Source: Hydrolagus colliei
Taxonomy: Eukaryota
Assembly: GCA_035084275.1 (NCBI GenBank)
Contig: CM068749.1
Location: 16,120,001 to 16,184,000, forward strand
DNA length: 64,000 bases
Direction of reading: 5' to 3'
Below are positions 27,186 to 40,594 of the stretch, one piece after another (the stretch's first letter is position 1; the number at the start of each line of letters is the position of its first letter). Below the pieces are notes generated by a model. It did not search any database and had not been told where the DNA came from. It saw nothing but the letters and a program-made list of their open reading frames with translations. A program made the position numbers and the translations under genes.

Positions 27186-28135
27186 CTTTCCACCTCATCC
27201 CTCAACCCCCAGACCATCGATGTTCTGACAGCATGTCTGTCCAACATTGAGTCCTGGACGAGGGACAACTTCCTCCAATTGAACGTGAGCAAGACCGAGG
27301 CCCTCCTGATTGGCTCAAGCCAGCGCCTCCGTACATCAGGCGCTGCCAGCCTCAACATCCAAGGCTGTACTCTCCACCTCACAAAGCCAGTCAGGAACCT
27401 CGGCATCACGTTCGACCATAAACTCTCCTTCCTCCCCCACATTCGTGCCTTGACCGGCACCACTTATTTCCACCTGCGCAACATTGCCAGGCTCCGCAAC
27501 TATCTCACCCCCCACGCTGCCGAAACATTCGTGCACGCGCACATCACCTCGCGGCTGGACTACGGAAACTCTCTCCTCGTCGGCCTCCCCAGCTCCTCCA
27601 TTCACAGGCTGCAGGTCATCCAAAACTCTGCAGCCCGTGTACTATCCCGCACCCACCTCCGCGATCACATATCCCCCACCCTCGCCCGTCTCCACTCCTC
27701 CAGAGGATCGAGTTCAAGAACCTCGTCCTCACCTTCAAGGCCTTACACGGCCTTGCCCCGCCCTATTTAACCAATTTACTCTCCCCCTACAAGCCCTCCG
27801 TTCAGCAGGACTTGGCCTGCTCCAAGCCCCCCGCCCGAACCGCCCCACAATCGGAGGCCGGGCCTTCAGTTTCTCCGCTGCCACCCTGTGGAATTCCATC
27901 CCCCAATCCCTCCGCCTTGTTTCTTCCGTTTCCTCTTTCAAGGCCGGTTTGAAGACTTTCCTCTTCGACCGTGCCTTTTGTTCCCCCCCCGAATTTTTCA
28001 ACCTCCACTACGTATTTCACCCCTTCCCGAACACTCCCCTCCCAGCTCGGGTCACACGCCTCCTGTGCAGCGCCTTGGGATGTCCTCCCGACATGAAAGG
28101 CGCTTTATAAGTTTTAAGTTGTTGTTGTTGTTATT
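27186..28135 (+). mobile_element. L2-clade LINE, 5'-truncated, relatively young: C-terminal RT region, 3' UTR and (TTG)n tail
   Basis: ORF 27147..27770 has L2 motifs NFLQLNVSKTE, VRNLGITFD, SRLDYGNSLLVGLP and RLQVIQNSAAR. A frameshifting deletion lies near 27695, after which frame 27484..28110 carries GGRAFSFSAATLWNSIP...FKAGLKTFLF. Tail cagcgccttgggatgtcctcccgacatgaaaggcgctttataa followed by ttg repeats. C-rich with CpGs intact. Confidence 0.93.
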
Positions 28136-30069
28136 AGACTGTAAAGTGAAGTGACTGTATTTTGTCGGTGAACATGACCACCAATTTGTACATAGCAATT
28201 TAATCTTTGATCAACTTGAATCCCTTTGTGCTTCTGAATTGACACAGACCTATAGATTTGAATCCACACATTTGAACAAAAACACCTTTATGCTTTGCAT
28301 AAAGTTAAAATATTATTCATGTATAACCTCAGCTCAGAGTAAGTTTGAAAAGTGTGAACATTTGAACTGGAATCAGTTGTCCGGGAGACCAGGATATCAA
28401 CTGGTAAACATGTTGATTCTCTTCAAATCATTAGCCATTCTTCGTACAGGGAACCAATAATCCAGAGATATTTTTATTTTGTTTTACATCTCTAGAGACT
28501 AAATATATATTTTAGGAATAAGGGTAGTTTCTCAAACTGTGCAAAAAACAGTAATGGAAAAAATGTCTTCTGCATTGCCTGTGTAATGAAGGGAAGCACA
28601 CACACACATTGCAATAGAGAGTACACCGGTGTCAAGCCGCTGGATGTTGTGTCATATGAATGATGATTTACTGTGACAAATGAATGAAAATCGGGCAGCA
28701 AAAAGTTTCTCTCTATAGAACAATTTCTCTGCTCAAATAAGATTTGTAATTAAACAATGTTCTAATGCAATAATAGCTCTTTCCCTCCAAATCACTTTAA
28801 ATCAGTTTCTTCCTTGTGAATAGACAATTCCTTCATGACAGGCTTTCGTAAATGCCATGGATGGCTTGACATTGTATTTTGCTGCTTAATTATTAAACAT
28901 GATGATTCTTTAGTTAATGCAAGGTTTTTTTGAATGTTTCACAGGCAGATTTATGACTCCAATTTTTAACACAGAATTTATTAAAATAAAACTTTAATTT
29001 ACAAAAGCCACAGGATAGAACCAAGAATAAATTACTGCATCAAATGGGACATTTGCCCCATTGAGCTTATACAGTTACTGGCTGTTCCACTGCAGTTATA
29101 TACTCTAATCCCAATTCCCTGTTCTTTCCTTCCATCCTTTTATATTATTCCTCTTCAATTCCCCTGGTGCTGCCCCAGATATTTGTTCAGCCATAATTAT
29201 TATACTATTGCGACCACAGTATGATATAAATCCGCCACTGCCAACACAGCAGTTTAACCATGGCACTTCCAGCCAGACTGCAAAAATAGTTAGCCAAACT
29301 TCCATTTTACTAGTCAAATTTTTCATATCTCTGTCTGAATCAGCAACATTGCTGTTATCAAATTCACAAATGCAGAAACACTTTAACTGGCAAAAACAAA
29401 GGTTTTTCTCTCTTATTCATCTTCCATAAGGAATGCTGAAAGAAAATACATTAAAATTGAAAGAGACAGCCACACATTTGGTTTAAGCCTGGTTTATGGC
29501 CAGGCTTATCATATGCTTAGTCAAATGAGAAACAACATTCTCAACATTTGCCTTCCTCATTTATAATACTGTAGTGCATAAATTTAACCTTGGCCTGGCA
29601 TTGTGTGATATTTGAAGAACTTTATGGATCTGATTAGGATATGTAAAAGCCACTGCTGCTTTATCGAAGAATTGACTTCCACGTTGAAGCTTGCTTAATG
29701 TTATGGTACCTTATAGTCATTATTCTTCTTTTAACTATTTTGGTTGAAATTACAAAAGCTCACCTGTTGAAGCTTACTTTGCTAACCACATGTATTCTGG
29801 AAATATTCAGGGTTTTGCAGAGGTCAATTTCAGGATTACGCAGCTTGTATAATTAGTGACCTCCTCTGTTTAACCCTGGGATCTGGCTCTGATTGGCAGG
29901 AAGCTAAATGTAGTTCTCCTGGCCTTTGATCTTTGCACTGGCTTCTCACTGTATAATTGGTTGGAACTTAGGGAGAATTCCAAAATTGGCATTGTTAGAA
30001 CAGAAACTGACCCTTCCCAAAATGGATTTTGCTGTAAAACCCAACATAGCATCCTAATGAATGGCAGCA

Positions 30070-30715
30070 TGCTTTCAATGAAAGGAATCTCTCTGACCCA
30101 TGTCCTTATCCACTCCTTCATCATGTCCATGCCTAATTATTCCCAGTGCCCTCTCACTGGTCTTCCCAGTAACTCTCGACACAAAGTGCAGAACTCTGCA
30201 GCTTGTGATATCTCCTGCAGTCACGGGCTTGCTTCACAAGCCAATCCTCGCATCCACTGACATGCCATCCCTAAGTGAACCAAATTGCATGATCCTCATT
30301 TTGATTTCAAAATCCCTCCTTGGACAAATCTCCTACGACCTTTCAGTCCTGTCCACTCTCTCTGCAAAACAAACACTGTCCAGTTTCATAATCTAACAAC
30401 AAACAACAATGTGCACTTATATGGCACCCTCAATGGAGATAGCGTCTCAGAGCGCTTAACAGTGGCGGAATTATAATGATTTTTTAACCTGTATAGAATG
30501 CTTTGAGTTGTCTACCTTGCACAGAAGGAGCTATAGAAATGTAAATTTGGCCATGGGTTGCGTATCTTGTGAATATTTTATGACCTTGGCTTTTCGGCTT
30601 TTCCTCACGTCCATAACATTGCCCGACTTCCCCACTGCCTCACCCCTCAGGCCGCTGACGCTCATTCATGCCTTCATTATGAAAGGCGCTTTACAAATAT
30701 AATTTTGTTGTGTTA
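30070..30715 (+). mobile_element. Old, degenerate L2 fragments
   Basis: cccatgtccttatccactccttcatcatgtcc, gtgcagaactctgcagct and tail atgaaaggcgctttacaaatataattttgttg resemble the L2 copy at 27186-28135. Confidence 0.6.
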
Positions 30716-32109
30716 TTAGCTTTATCTGCATTCTAGCATCTGACGGCTTCCATTTTCGATGGTGCTATGTGCTGTATTATTGACAGACATATATCTGACT
30801 TCAGTACTCTGATGGTGGTTATTGATCTGGTGTGGAACTTTGAATGTTCATCCCCAGTTGCAAGCCATTTTATGGAATAGGTATCTGTAAACTGAATACA
30901 TTCATCATTTTGACCCAATTTGATTGAACTTGGGATATGGTTGGAGTATATATGGAAGAGATATGGACAGAAACAACAGTCTCAAGAATTCAGTGTTTGT
31001 TTCTACTAAAATAACTTTCACACAAGTTCATTCAATTTGCTAATTATGTAAATCAGGAAATTGAGCTTTATTTAGCAAAAATTCCCTTTAGGATTTTTTG
31101 CACACATTATAATTGTGTGCATTGTGTTGGAATTTCAAAAAAGGCTTAGGTTTTCTCGGTTCTCAGGAAAATAACTTCCCAAAGGGTTTTCCCTCAAGTT
31201 ACAGTGTTTTGTTGCAGATTTTTTTTTACACAACACCATCAGCTATGAGAAAATTACTTTCACTGTACGTGTGGGCATTTTTTTAAGAAAAAAAAGGCTC
31301 CTGTCACGTCAAAATTTTCAGCAAATCACAGGAGATTACCTTTCTGGTCTCTGTTGATGTTTTTGGTGAGTTTGCCATTGATTTCTGTTACTGATACTTT
31401 TTCTCACAAGATTTCTACGAGATTGAAATGCAGCATTGACCCATTGGTGCTATAACTTCAACACAGAAATGAGTAATTTCATCTCCCGCTGCAACAAATG
31501 CACATTATTGTATTTTCATTTACACAAAATAAATGATTGGTCTGTTGTGCCTTTGCAGCGTGATTTGGAAAGTCTATTGCTTGGAATTAGCTATGTTGTG
31601 CAATTTCATAGCAACCACACGTACATACTGCACCTGCAGGATATGTGGCAGTGTATTTTAACACACTCAAACAATTCTTGATAAAATATCTCAATGTCTT
31701 TAATGGCCTTTTAAAACAAATTATATTGTAAACTGTAGAAAGCAAAGGCACTTGTCGCTTGTTGTTATAATTTTTGTAATTTGCTTCCTTATTTTCCATA
31801 AAAATCCCTCACTTTGACCTTCAAATCTATTCCCACTAATTGCCACTATACAATTTCTTTGCAGATATTCCCGAATTGGTACCAACCCCTTTGACTCAGA
31901 ACCCACTGCTTAATTCTCACTTCAGTCATTCCATTATTCGTTGCGCCTTCATCCACTATGACTCCACTCTCTGAAATCCTCTCAAAATTACTTTCCTTTC
32001 CCCTGGTTTCAAACCATCGTTTAAAGAATCGCTTTGACTCCGGAGATGCACAATGAAATTCTCCTTTCCTCCTGCCTTGTGAATGTTCTTTGTTGCCTTT
32101 GTGAGGCGT

Positions 32110-32337
32110 GATAATAATAATCATTTGATATAGCGCTTTTCACATCTTATTGACATCTCAAAGCGCTTCACAGAATATACTGTAAAGTGGATTGACTGTG
32201 GGTGAAACTCGGCAGTCAATTAAATACAGCAGTGTCCTACAAATAGTCATGGATTGAAATGACCAATTTTTATTGTTGTGGTTTTTTGGACAGATTATTA
32301 GGCATGTGGAGTAAGGAAACTTGCCCAAGGTTTCGCC
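32110..32337 (-). mobile_element. Same SINE family, lacking the tRNA head
   Basis: Reverse-complement match from the (AAT)n tail to ...cccaaggtttcgcc. Confidence 0.88.
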
Positions 32338-33545
32338 AAGCATTTTGGCCAGTTAAGAAGGAAATCATGGTTTTTCAAAATGTTCACTTTGGTCAAATTC
32401 AAAACCGTTCTGGTTTGTAAGTGCAATGAAATGACTAGAATATATATAGATATATATTCAACATATCCATTGCCTTTTCAATGAACATTCTGAGCTGTAG
32501 TTGTGTGAAAGTAAAATTGAGGTCAAAGTCCTACCTTGTTTAAAATGTCTTTTATATTCTCATTCATGTCATCGTTTCAACCAATTGCAGCCTCCGACGG
32601 GAGTTTTCATCCATTTTATTCACATTTGCTTTTAATGAGAACGTGCACCCTCTTCAGAGAGGGAAATCCTAATGAAATACAAAGTTGACAAATAAAATGT
32701 TTCAATTTGTGAGGCAGAGAGAACAGAGGAGCTGTGTCTCATTGTCATCGCGCACAATTGTGCTTTCACATGATTTACATTATGGTGTTGCAGGTCTCTA
32801 AATAAATAAAACATTTGCCAAACAGTCTTTTGTGCAGACCGTACCTCTCTAAACTATGCTTGTACCTCTCCCTGCCACTTACGACTCTTTCCAAGAAATC
32901 ATGCAGCAAATATAAACGCTAAATTATTAACATCTTGAAGTGATTGTATAGAGCATTCCTTCTGTGACCCAAATGGAGGAACCCTTATGTATTTTGGTTT
33001 TCTTTGCAGTTCAATAGTATCAGTAACACATTACAAGCACATTTTACATTGCTATTGTGACAGCAGAAAACCCCGTGCTTCATATATATGAGCAAAGCAA
33101 CCTCATAATAGTAATTTTATTTCAGTTCAGTTGTCTTCACAGGATAATTGAGAAATATTTTTAGGTCAATATCTTAAGATTGGAACGATTCTGCCTGCAG
33201 CTTTTCTACAAAATGTCTGGCTACAATCGTGGAAACGTTTCTGTTATCCATGTGTGGGTTTTATTCCAGTTGTGTGATAACTGAGACTTTTCTCCATTTG
33301 ATACTTCTGCAAGTGGTATGCTTGGTTCCCTTTTCTTGCCAGTTGTAATTCCCTTCCTCCCTCTGTGATCAAGACCAATTTGTAAGACCTGAGTGAAACT
33401 GATGGGGCAGACCATTGGCAATGGTGTGAACACATGAGTAGCATAGCTTGGGTGAATTGGAGACAGAAAAGGGAATCACCTCCACCCCGCCTCCCCAAAC
33501 AGGAATGTCAGTCATTAGTATGTAAGGAAAGACCCATAGGACGAA

Positions 33546-33564
33546 CCCCCCCCCCCCCCCCCCC
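33546..33564. repeat. Poly-C tract (19 nt)
   Basis: Direct reading. Confidence 0.9.
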
Positions 33565-34189
33565 TCCCGCTCCATGATCAAAAAATAATGGCTGAGAAGA
33601 GATTGAAGAACAAGAAAATGTAACAGGCACGGTTAGAAATTGGCAGAGATTTAGAACTGTAATATTTTGATGGGAAGTCTTTGATAAAGCTATTTTGGGT
33701 AGGGGGTGCTTTGGGGAGGAAGAAAGAGAGCTACATGCCAAATTCATCATGTATTTCATCTTATTTTGGGGTTAACAGCATTTCTTCGTGGAGAGGAGGG
33801 GAGTCCTTAAAAGGAAACCTTGAAATATTTATATTTTATTACATTTGCATTCACCCAGGCTTTATAAATGTTGTATAGTTGATCCTGTTTGCGTTATGAA
33901 GGGAAAGCTAGGTTTGCCTTTCTTTATACTTTATTTTGTATTGAGGCTGCTGTTAAGTGTGGGGCATGGTGGAATTGCCGCTCAGGGATGTTGCATATTT
34001 GCATTGGTTGACAAATTATTTTGAAAGCCTGCATTTATCATAAAAAATCAAGTATTTTTGTGATATATGCAGATAATTATGCAGCTCACACATGCATGCA
34101 CCTCAGTTGCTATTTTATAAGGATTACGTTATTATGAGGACAATCAGGATTGTTTCTAGAGCTTTCAGAAAACTGAGATATAGGAAAAT

Positions 34190-34430
34190 CAAACCATACC
34201 AAAGTAGGACTCTCAGAAACGAAATAGACCATTCAGCACATTGAGCCTCCTCTGCCACCACATTCATTCATGGCTCTTATCTTTTTCATCCAATTTCCCT
34301 GTCTGTCCTCCGAGTCTCTAAATATCTTCACTTTCAAAGTATCTATCTATCTCCCTTTTAAATGCCTCAATTTAAACACTTCAATTGATTCAGCATATAT
34401 GGCCTTCTGGGCTGTGCATTCACGAGTAGA
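34190..34430 (-). mobile_element. CR1 3' end
   Basis: tagaccattcagcacattgagcctcctctgcca...tcatggctc...tatctatctatctcccttttaaatg...cttctgggc, resembling a reverse-strand chondrichthyan CR1 3' terminus. Confidence 0.6.
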
Positions 34431-34439
34431 TTGCAGGAC

Positions 34440-35990
34440 GCTAGAACAATTATTTACGGTATAAAAAGGCTGAAAAGAATTGAATGGAAATGTGTGGAAA
34501 TGATAGAAGATTCTTCGGTACATTCAGAACAGATGATATTGAAGAACACACGGGATCTTTCAGCATAACTGAAGTGAATACAACAACAAAGGAGGTGAAC
34601 TGTTTTGCTACACTATTGGATTAATTTCTTACATGACTTTTCGCTATAGATGATGGAAGTTCTCAAATCTGTGACCGAGTTGGCAAAGGATGCAATTGAG
34701 ATCATATCACGCTGTGGCCAGCAATGAAATTTTCATCAAGTAAAGTAGCAACTTTTTGAAGATTCATGATCCACTCATGCAGATGGAATGCATCCAAGAG
34801 TATAAAAAGGCACGAGCTAAAAGCAGATGGCGCAATGGGCACCATTCTACATGACTTATTGAACGTGGGGTGGTACCAGAAAACTGAAAAATAGCTAATG
34901 TCATTGCCATCTTTAAAAAGGTCAAAAACATGATCCTGGGAATTATAAGCCAGTTAGTTTGACATCTATAGTGGGAAATGACTGGAATCTATTATAAAGG
35001 AAGCAATTCAGGAGCGTTTAGCAAGAGTAAGTGCAATAAATCAAAGTCAACATGCATTCATGAAAGGCAGGTCATGCCTAACAAATTTATGGGATTTTTT
35101 TTCAAGAATGTAACGTTAGTGGATAAGAGTAATGTTGTAGCTATTCTATATGTAGACTTTTCAAAGCCATTTGATAAGGTCCCTCATAAAAAGACGCAGA
35201 GATGAAGTGAAAGCTCAAGGGATCAGGGAGGAAGTTACAAATTGGATAATTAATTGACTTGATAATAGGAAACAGAGGGTCATTATCAACAATATTAGTT
35301 TATACTGGACTGCAATGACCAGATGAGTCCCCAAGGGATGAATCCGTGGACTATTATTGTTTATAATGGTTTATTAACGACCTTGATGAAGATGTTGTAA
35401 GTAGAGTGTCTCTCTGCTGATGTAAGTGAAGCAAAATATTCCTTGGAGAGAGATAGCATTCAAGCAGACTTATAAGGGTCGGTGACTGTGTAGGTGAGTG
35501 GCAGGTGACATTTAATATGGAGACATGCTAAGATTAATCTGATCGGACCAATAAAGGGAATATCTTTACACAACATTTGAGTATCAAGGCAGACATTGCA
35601 ATAGGTGATCCACTGGAAATGTATAAATTAATTCTATATTTTGATATTGTATTCAAGAGTAGGCCAGAACTAACGGTAAGATTTTAAAGAACAACCTTTG
35701 GAGCTCTGAGACAAAATCTGGGTAAGATTAAGAGGGAATCACAATCTTTTACAAAAAAGTTTATTTTAAAAAAAAAATTATGTTTTAAGGAATTTGGAAA
35801 TATCTCCTGAGAGATAAGAGAGATCTAACAAAACGTAAGAGCACGGTGGTTGAGTAAAAAGGTCAACACTAACCTCAGGTTCAGACAGAAATACTATAAA
35901 AGATACAAGGGAAATAAATGCGTTTGGGAGGTGTACTAAGCCAGTTGAAGAAAACTAAACATAATAGCAGAAAATGTAAAAACAAATTCA
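34440..35990 (+). mobile_element. Decayed CR1 LINE ORF2 (RT domain, followed by an out-of-order upstream piece)
   Basis: Broken frames give CR1 motifs GVVPE..KIANVIAIFKK, DPGNYKPVSLTSIVGK, QHAFMKGRSCLTN, ILYVDFSKPFDKVPH, NRKQRVII, VPQG and FINDLD, with many stops and frameshifts. Confidence 0.88.
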
Positions 35991-35994
35991 AAGG

Positions 35995-36238
35995 TAATAA
36001 TAATCCTTGCATTTTGATGCAGTGCTTTTCACGACCTCTAGACTTTTCAAAGCGTTTCACAGAATATACTGTAAAATGAATTGACTATAAATTTGCGGGC
36101 AAAATGCAGCAGCCAAGTGCGCACAGCAGTGTCCCACAAACAGTTGTGAATTGAAGTGACCATTTTATTATTGGTTTTTTTCTTGAGGGATTATTATCAG
36201 GCGTGTGGAGGAAGGAAAACCTTGCCCACGGTTTCGCC
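35995..36238 (-). mobile_element. Same SINE family, lacking the tRNA head
   Basis: taataataatccttgcattttgat...cacagaatatactgtaaaatgaattgac...cttgcccacggtttcgcc. Confidence 0.88.
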
Positions 36239-37479
36239 ATGCTTACATGCATGTGACAGGCTGTTAAAGGCTTGATATGTTGCAGTGTTGGCACGTAGAT
36301 GTTAGAACAGAAATGATACATGGTGTAAAGGGCATAGCTGTGATTTAGGTATTTTTGTTGCTAAGTTTTCAATGATGTGTATTGGTGAGCATTTATAGTT
36401 TCTTTCAACTTGTTGAGAAGTGAACAGCTGTACAATTAAAGATTTGTCCCTCTACATGCAGTAGCATTGCTAATACCCAAACCAGTTTGAGCGTTCCACT
36501 AGTGCATGTCATATCACATGGGAAATTTTCCTTTGTCTGGAATAGATCATGAAGTCTCTTCCCGAAGGTACGGACCTAATTACAGAAAGCATTAGACATC
36601 GGCTGGCGAGAAACAAGGCTTCAAGCCCCAGAGTGTGCAGTGGGGCAAGATAGGTGGTTAACCAGCTAAAATCCCACAGCAAACTGTTTGCCAAACTTCA
36701 CACTGTTTTCCAGGTGGGGTCACCCCCACCCAATGGAGATCAGGCTTCCTAGTTATCAGGAGCTAAGTGAGAGGAATCCCTGTCCCAATGACTGGTCTGC
36801 CCCTTCAAATGTTTCTAATGCCTGTCTGTTTAGTGTACAACACTTAAGTCTATAGTTAAGTGGATACTTCTGTCAAATGTTTAGTTTTATGCCTTTCAAT
36901 AATTTCCATTATTAATTTCTATGCAGGCTTTCTTTCTGTTATTGAGTAATTTTCTGTCAAGTATGCAGCGAAGGCCACATCGTAAATGTTCGCCATTGTA
37001 AATGGAGGTGATTTCAGCCATCACTTCAAGCTCTTCAAACAGTACAAAACATCTGTTATTATAAATCACCAAGTGCCCAAACAAATTCGTTTTTCTACTG
37101 GAGTGTACTCTAGATTTTAATTGTACATTCCCGACGAGCTAAAGAGCCCTCACATGTGAGGAAATAGTTTAGAGAGTATCCAATAGAACAAAGAGCTTTG
37201 CCCTCAGAATTATCCGCGTGGAGGCTATATAGCCAGTGTAAAAGCTACTGAGAAGGTTTCCCGAGTTGATTTAGCATGGCACACTGGCCAGCATTGGTAT
37301 AGGCCATCACACTGTGAATATTAATGGGCTTTGTGTTGGAGCTCATCCAACCATTGATTGCTGCTGAGGGGGTCAGGCTGTTGAGAATCTGATTTTTTTT
37401 CAAGTCTCCACATTTTTTGTCCCCCCCAGTATTGTTTGGCCCTAATTTGCATTTTATTTTGTTTCAGCTTTTATTGTCT

Positions 37480-37802
37480 CTGTCTTTCTCTCTCTCCGGT
37501 GTCTAATTTTACCTCGCCTTCTCCCAAAGGTGCTGACTCCTGCTGGGGCTGCAGTGCTACTGGTGCCAGCTGCCCTCCGGCACCTCACCTGTTTTAATGT
37601 GCGAACCTAGACATTGACTATCAGCAGATGATGAGACCATAAGGAACAAACCAGTCAGGTCAATCATAGCACCCCCACCACTACCTTGGCCAAGATGAAA
37701 TAACTCAGTAGATTCACAGGTTCGAGCCAGGGATATGCCTGGCAATATATAGCCCAGTCTCACACTTGCCAGTAGTTTTACCAACTGAACCGCTGGGGAA
37801 CC
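37480..37802 (-). mobile_element. Ancient tRNA-headed SINE-like repeat (family B)
   Basis: The reverse strand starts ggttccccagcggttcagttggtaaaa (A-box-like) and later has aggtgaggtgccggagggcagctggcacc, similar to 63194-63230. Confidence 0.55.
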
Positions 37803-38562
37803 ACTGCATTTTTGAGCAGTAAATGTAACTGCTCAAGCATTTTTGCTTTGCTCTCTGTGGCTCCTGAAATGCCCGTCTTAAAATTCAGAAAGATAACCCC
37901 TGACCCACAGTTGTTTATTTAATGCACATGAAGTGGGACCTTATGTACGATCCTTTAGAGGGTCACAAAGCATTGTGTACAGCCAGAGCTACAATTAACT
38001 GGGTTGTCACTTTTGTGCGGAGCTGGTATTTTGGAAACACTGGCAGAAGGTTGATTTTGTTGATTGAAATCTTAACTCTACCAGTATCTGTGCACCAACA
38101 CTTGTCTTTATAGCTTCCAATGTCTGTAAATTACAGTTGGATTCTAGCATATAATGCCTTTACAACAATGGCATAATATGTTACTGATCTTTCTACTGGT
38201 CAATAAACTGAAAGCATTTTGGCTCAATTAATAGATTTGTTTTTGCAGGAAAAGTGAAGCCATAACAAATCATAGTGTGAAGATATGTAATGTGTTTCAC
38301 CAATTCTTTATTAACTATTTTCAATGACTGCTCCAGCAGATTTGGATTTGTCTAACTCAATGGGGGAACTACTGTTATTATTTTAGGGAGTTTTTATACA
38401 GCTTTGTTTGCTGGCACAGTTAATGTAATATTAATTAAGTGTCTCTGGCTATTGATCTGACAGTCCTAGTGTGACAAATTCAGCAGTGTTATACCATCCA
38501 CTTTTAACTTGTGAATTGAAAATCCTCTGCTAAATTAATTACCTTGTTTTTTTTCATTACAG

Positions 38563-38672
38563 GTGCAACAATCGAACCCAATGTGTTGTGATAACTGGGT
38601 CAGATGTGTTTCCTGACCCTTGTCCAGGGACCTACAAATACCTTGAGGTCCAATATGAATGTGTCCCATACA
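38563..38672 (+). CDS. ADGRL2: Latrophilin-2 exon, lectin domain part 2, 110 nt
   Basis: Acceptor ttttttcattacag| and donor |gtaagt. Phase 2 join to the previous exon gives (R)[36 protein letters not shown]. Not in the ORF track in this frame. Confidence 0.96.
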
Positions 38673-38914
38673 GTAAGTATCTGTATTTCTTTGTACCTCT
38701 TTATTTGCAATGAATGTCAGAGGAGTTGTATAAAGAGGAACCATCTTCATGAGAAAGTGCTCAGTAATCCTTTACTATTTTGTTTCAAACAGAATAAAAA
38801 TTATATTGCATATTATCATTTCAAGCATCTCAAACACAATGAGTTAGTTTAATGTGCAATGACTGTTACATAAGCAAAGTTGCCAGTTAATCTGCATCAA
38901 CTATTTTTTTTACA

Positions 38915-39180
38915 AGGTATGTATCAACAACAAGATACATCATTCATTTCCTTTGCTGTATTTGTATGAGGGAGGATATTAATTCCCTTGTTTTTAATAC
39001 TGCCACAGGTCTTTAAGTCCTCCCGAGCTAGGAAAATAGGTAAAGGGTACTTCAGGAACATCCAAAGGATGGCATATCCAATAAGCAGCGCTCCCTCAAT
39101 GCTACAATGGGGTGTGAGTTCAAGTCCAAGCATGCAGCTTATATCCACAACCACCTGAATCGAAATGTTACTCACTGAAT
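38915..39180 (-). mobile_element. Highly diverged DeuSINE-like copy
   Basis: tactgccacaggtctttaagtcc and tccaaaggatggcat...gcagcgctccctcaatgctacaatgg resemble the Deu core in reverse. Confidence 0.45.
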
Positions 39181-40594
39181 TAAACCGCCACAAATCACAC
39201 CGAAGTACCATTACTTTGATTGCCCGCAATGCAACACTTGTCAAAAATAACACATGCCTTCTTTGGTTCTTCCATCGACGACGTTGTGAGCTTGCCTAAC
39301 ACTTTCCCAAAGATGGAATCTCTTTAATTTCAGGGACCTTATGCATGTAAAATGTGTAGATTGCAACACCATTATGCATGTGAAGCACTTTTTGAGCAAG
39401 ATTTAGAATTACTTCAAAATATATAGGTAGACTTTATACTCTGGTGCAGGCTGAACGTTTTTGCTATTTGTCAGAAGGTTGCTTTTAAGGTATTGAGCTT
39501 TAAAGGAAACCAAACTGAATTTGACATTCAGGTTACAGACTGAAGCCTTTTCTGCCATTCAGCACCAGGTGTTGTATAAATTGGCTTAGCCTACCTTTAA
39601 AGGGCAGCGGCTCTACCCAGCCAAAACACAGACCTGTTCGTTGGAATATTGACAACATTTCTGTAGGGAAAATCCATTAAAAGCCAAACAAAGATCTTAT
39701 CCCTTCTCTTCGTTCTTGCTGTGCATTCCTCTGTGAGCTTTCTAAGAAGGATGCCTTTTCTGTTTTTTTCCCCTCGTACCATCTGCAGGATGGTAGCCAA
39801 CTGTGCATACTGCTTCTCAGTATTCTACCTCCTGTGTGTGATACTGGTGACTGATCCAATCATTCTTTTTAACCTTTTAGGCAGCCAGAAGTGCAATTGC
39901 GGTATGCCGGAGTCCTGCTTCTGTTAACAATTATATTTATTTTCTAAAATGTGCTTCAAATAATTTCTGAACTTTCACAATGTAAATCTTTTTAGGTGAA
40001 GTATGACATTTAAATTGGTCAATGATATTAAACATTATTTCACACTAACTTAACAAATAAAAAATATATTTAAAGCATTGATATTTAATTATAATAGTAA
40101 ATTGAACTGTCAAAAGGTATTAATATCTCTTCCTTTTCAGGATTGCTCCTGACCTCTATCCAGTTACGGTGCAATCTCCACTGTTTCATGCTCCTCCGTA
40201 TTAACTTCAGGGTGACATTTGTAGGTCAGACGGGAGTTTAATGCAAACCATTTAACCCATGTTTTTTCTTTGTTCTCTTACATAAGTCAACCCATCACTA
40301 TTGTGCTATACTTAAATATAACACAGGTAACACAGGGAAACCTCATTATGAACGTGTTAGCTGTGTCCAGTATTCAGTGACATGTTTTATAAGTGAGACC
40401 TGAGAAAATGCTCTGTTCCAGGTTGCCACTCATGTAATTTTTGAGCTTAAAAAAAGTTTCCAGTATTACTGCCATCACAAACTGATGTGAGTGGCAATTC
40501 TTGCACATAGCAAGCACGGGCACAAAACTCAGGAGGTGACTGTGTAGTGCCAGTTTATATTTAATATAAGATATAGACTGTCTTAAGTTTAACT

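Noticed and set aside
27147-28154. Several overlapping long ORFs as novel genes
   Set aside because: They are by-products of the GC-rich L2 fragment. Only the RT frames are meaningful and they are frameshifted.
40131-40335. Possible cryptic exon (tccttttcag| ... cag|gtaac)
   Set aside because: No latrophilin-like translation and no convincing frame-preserving donor.
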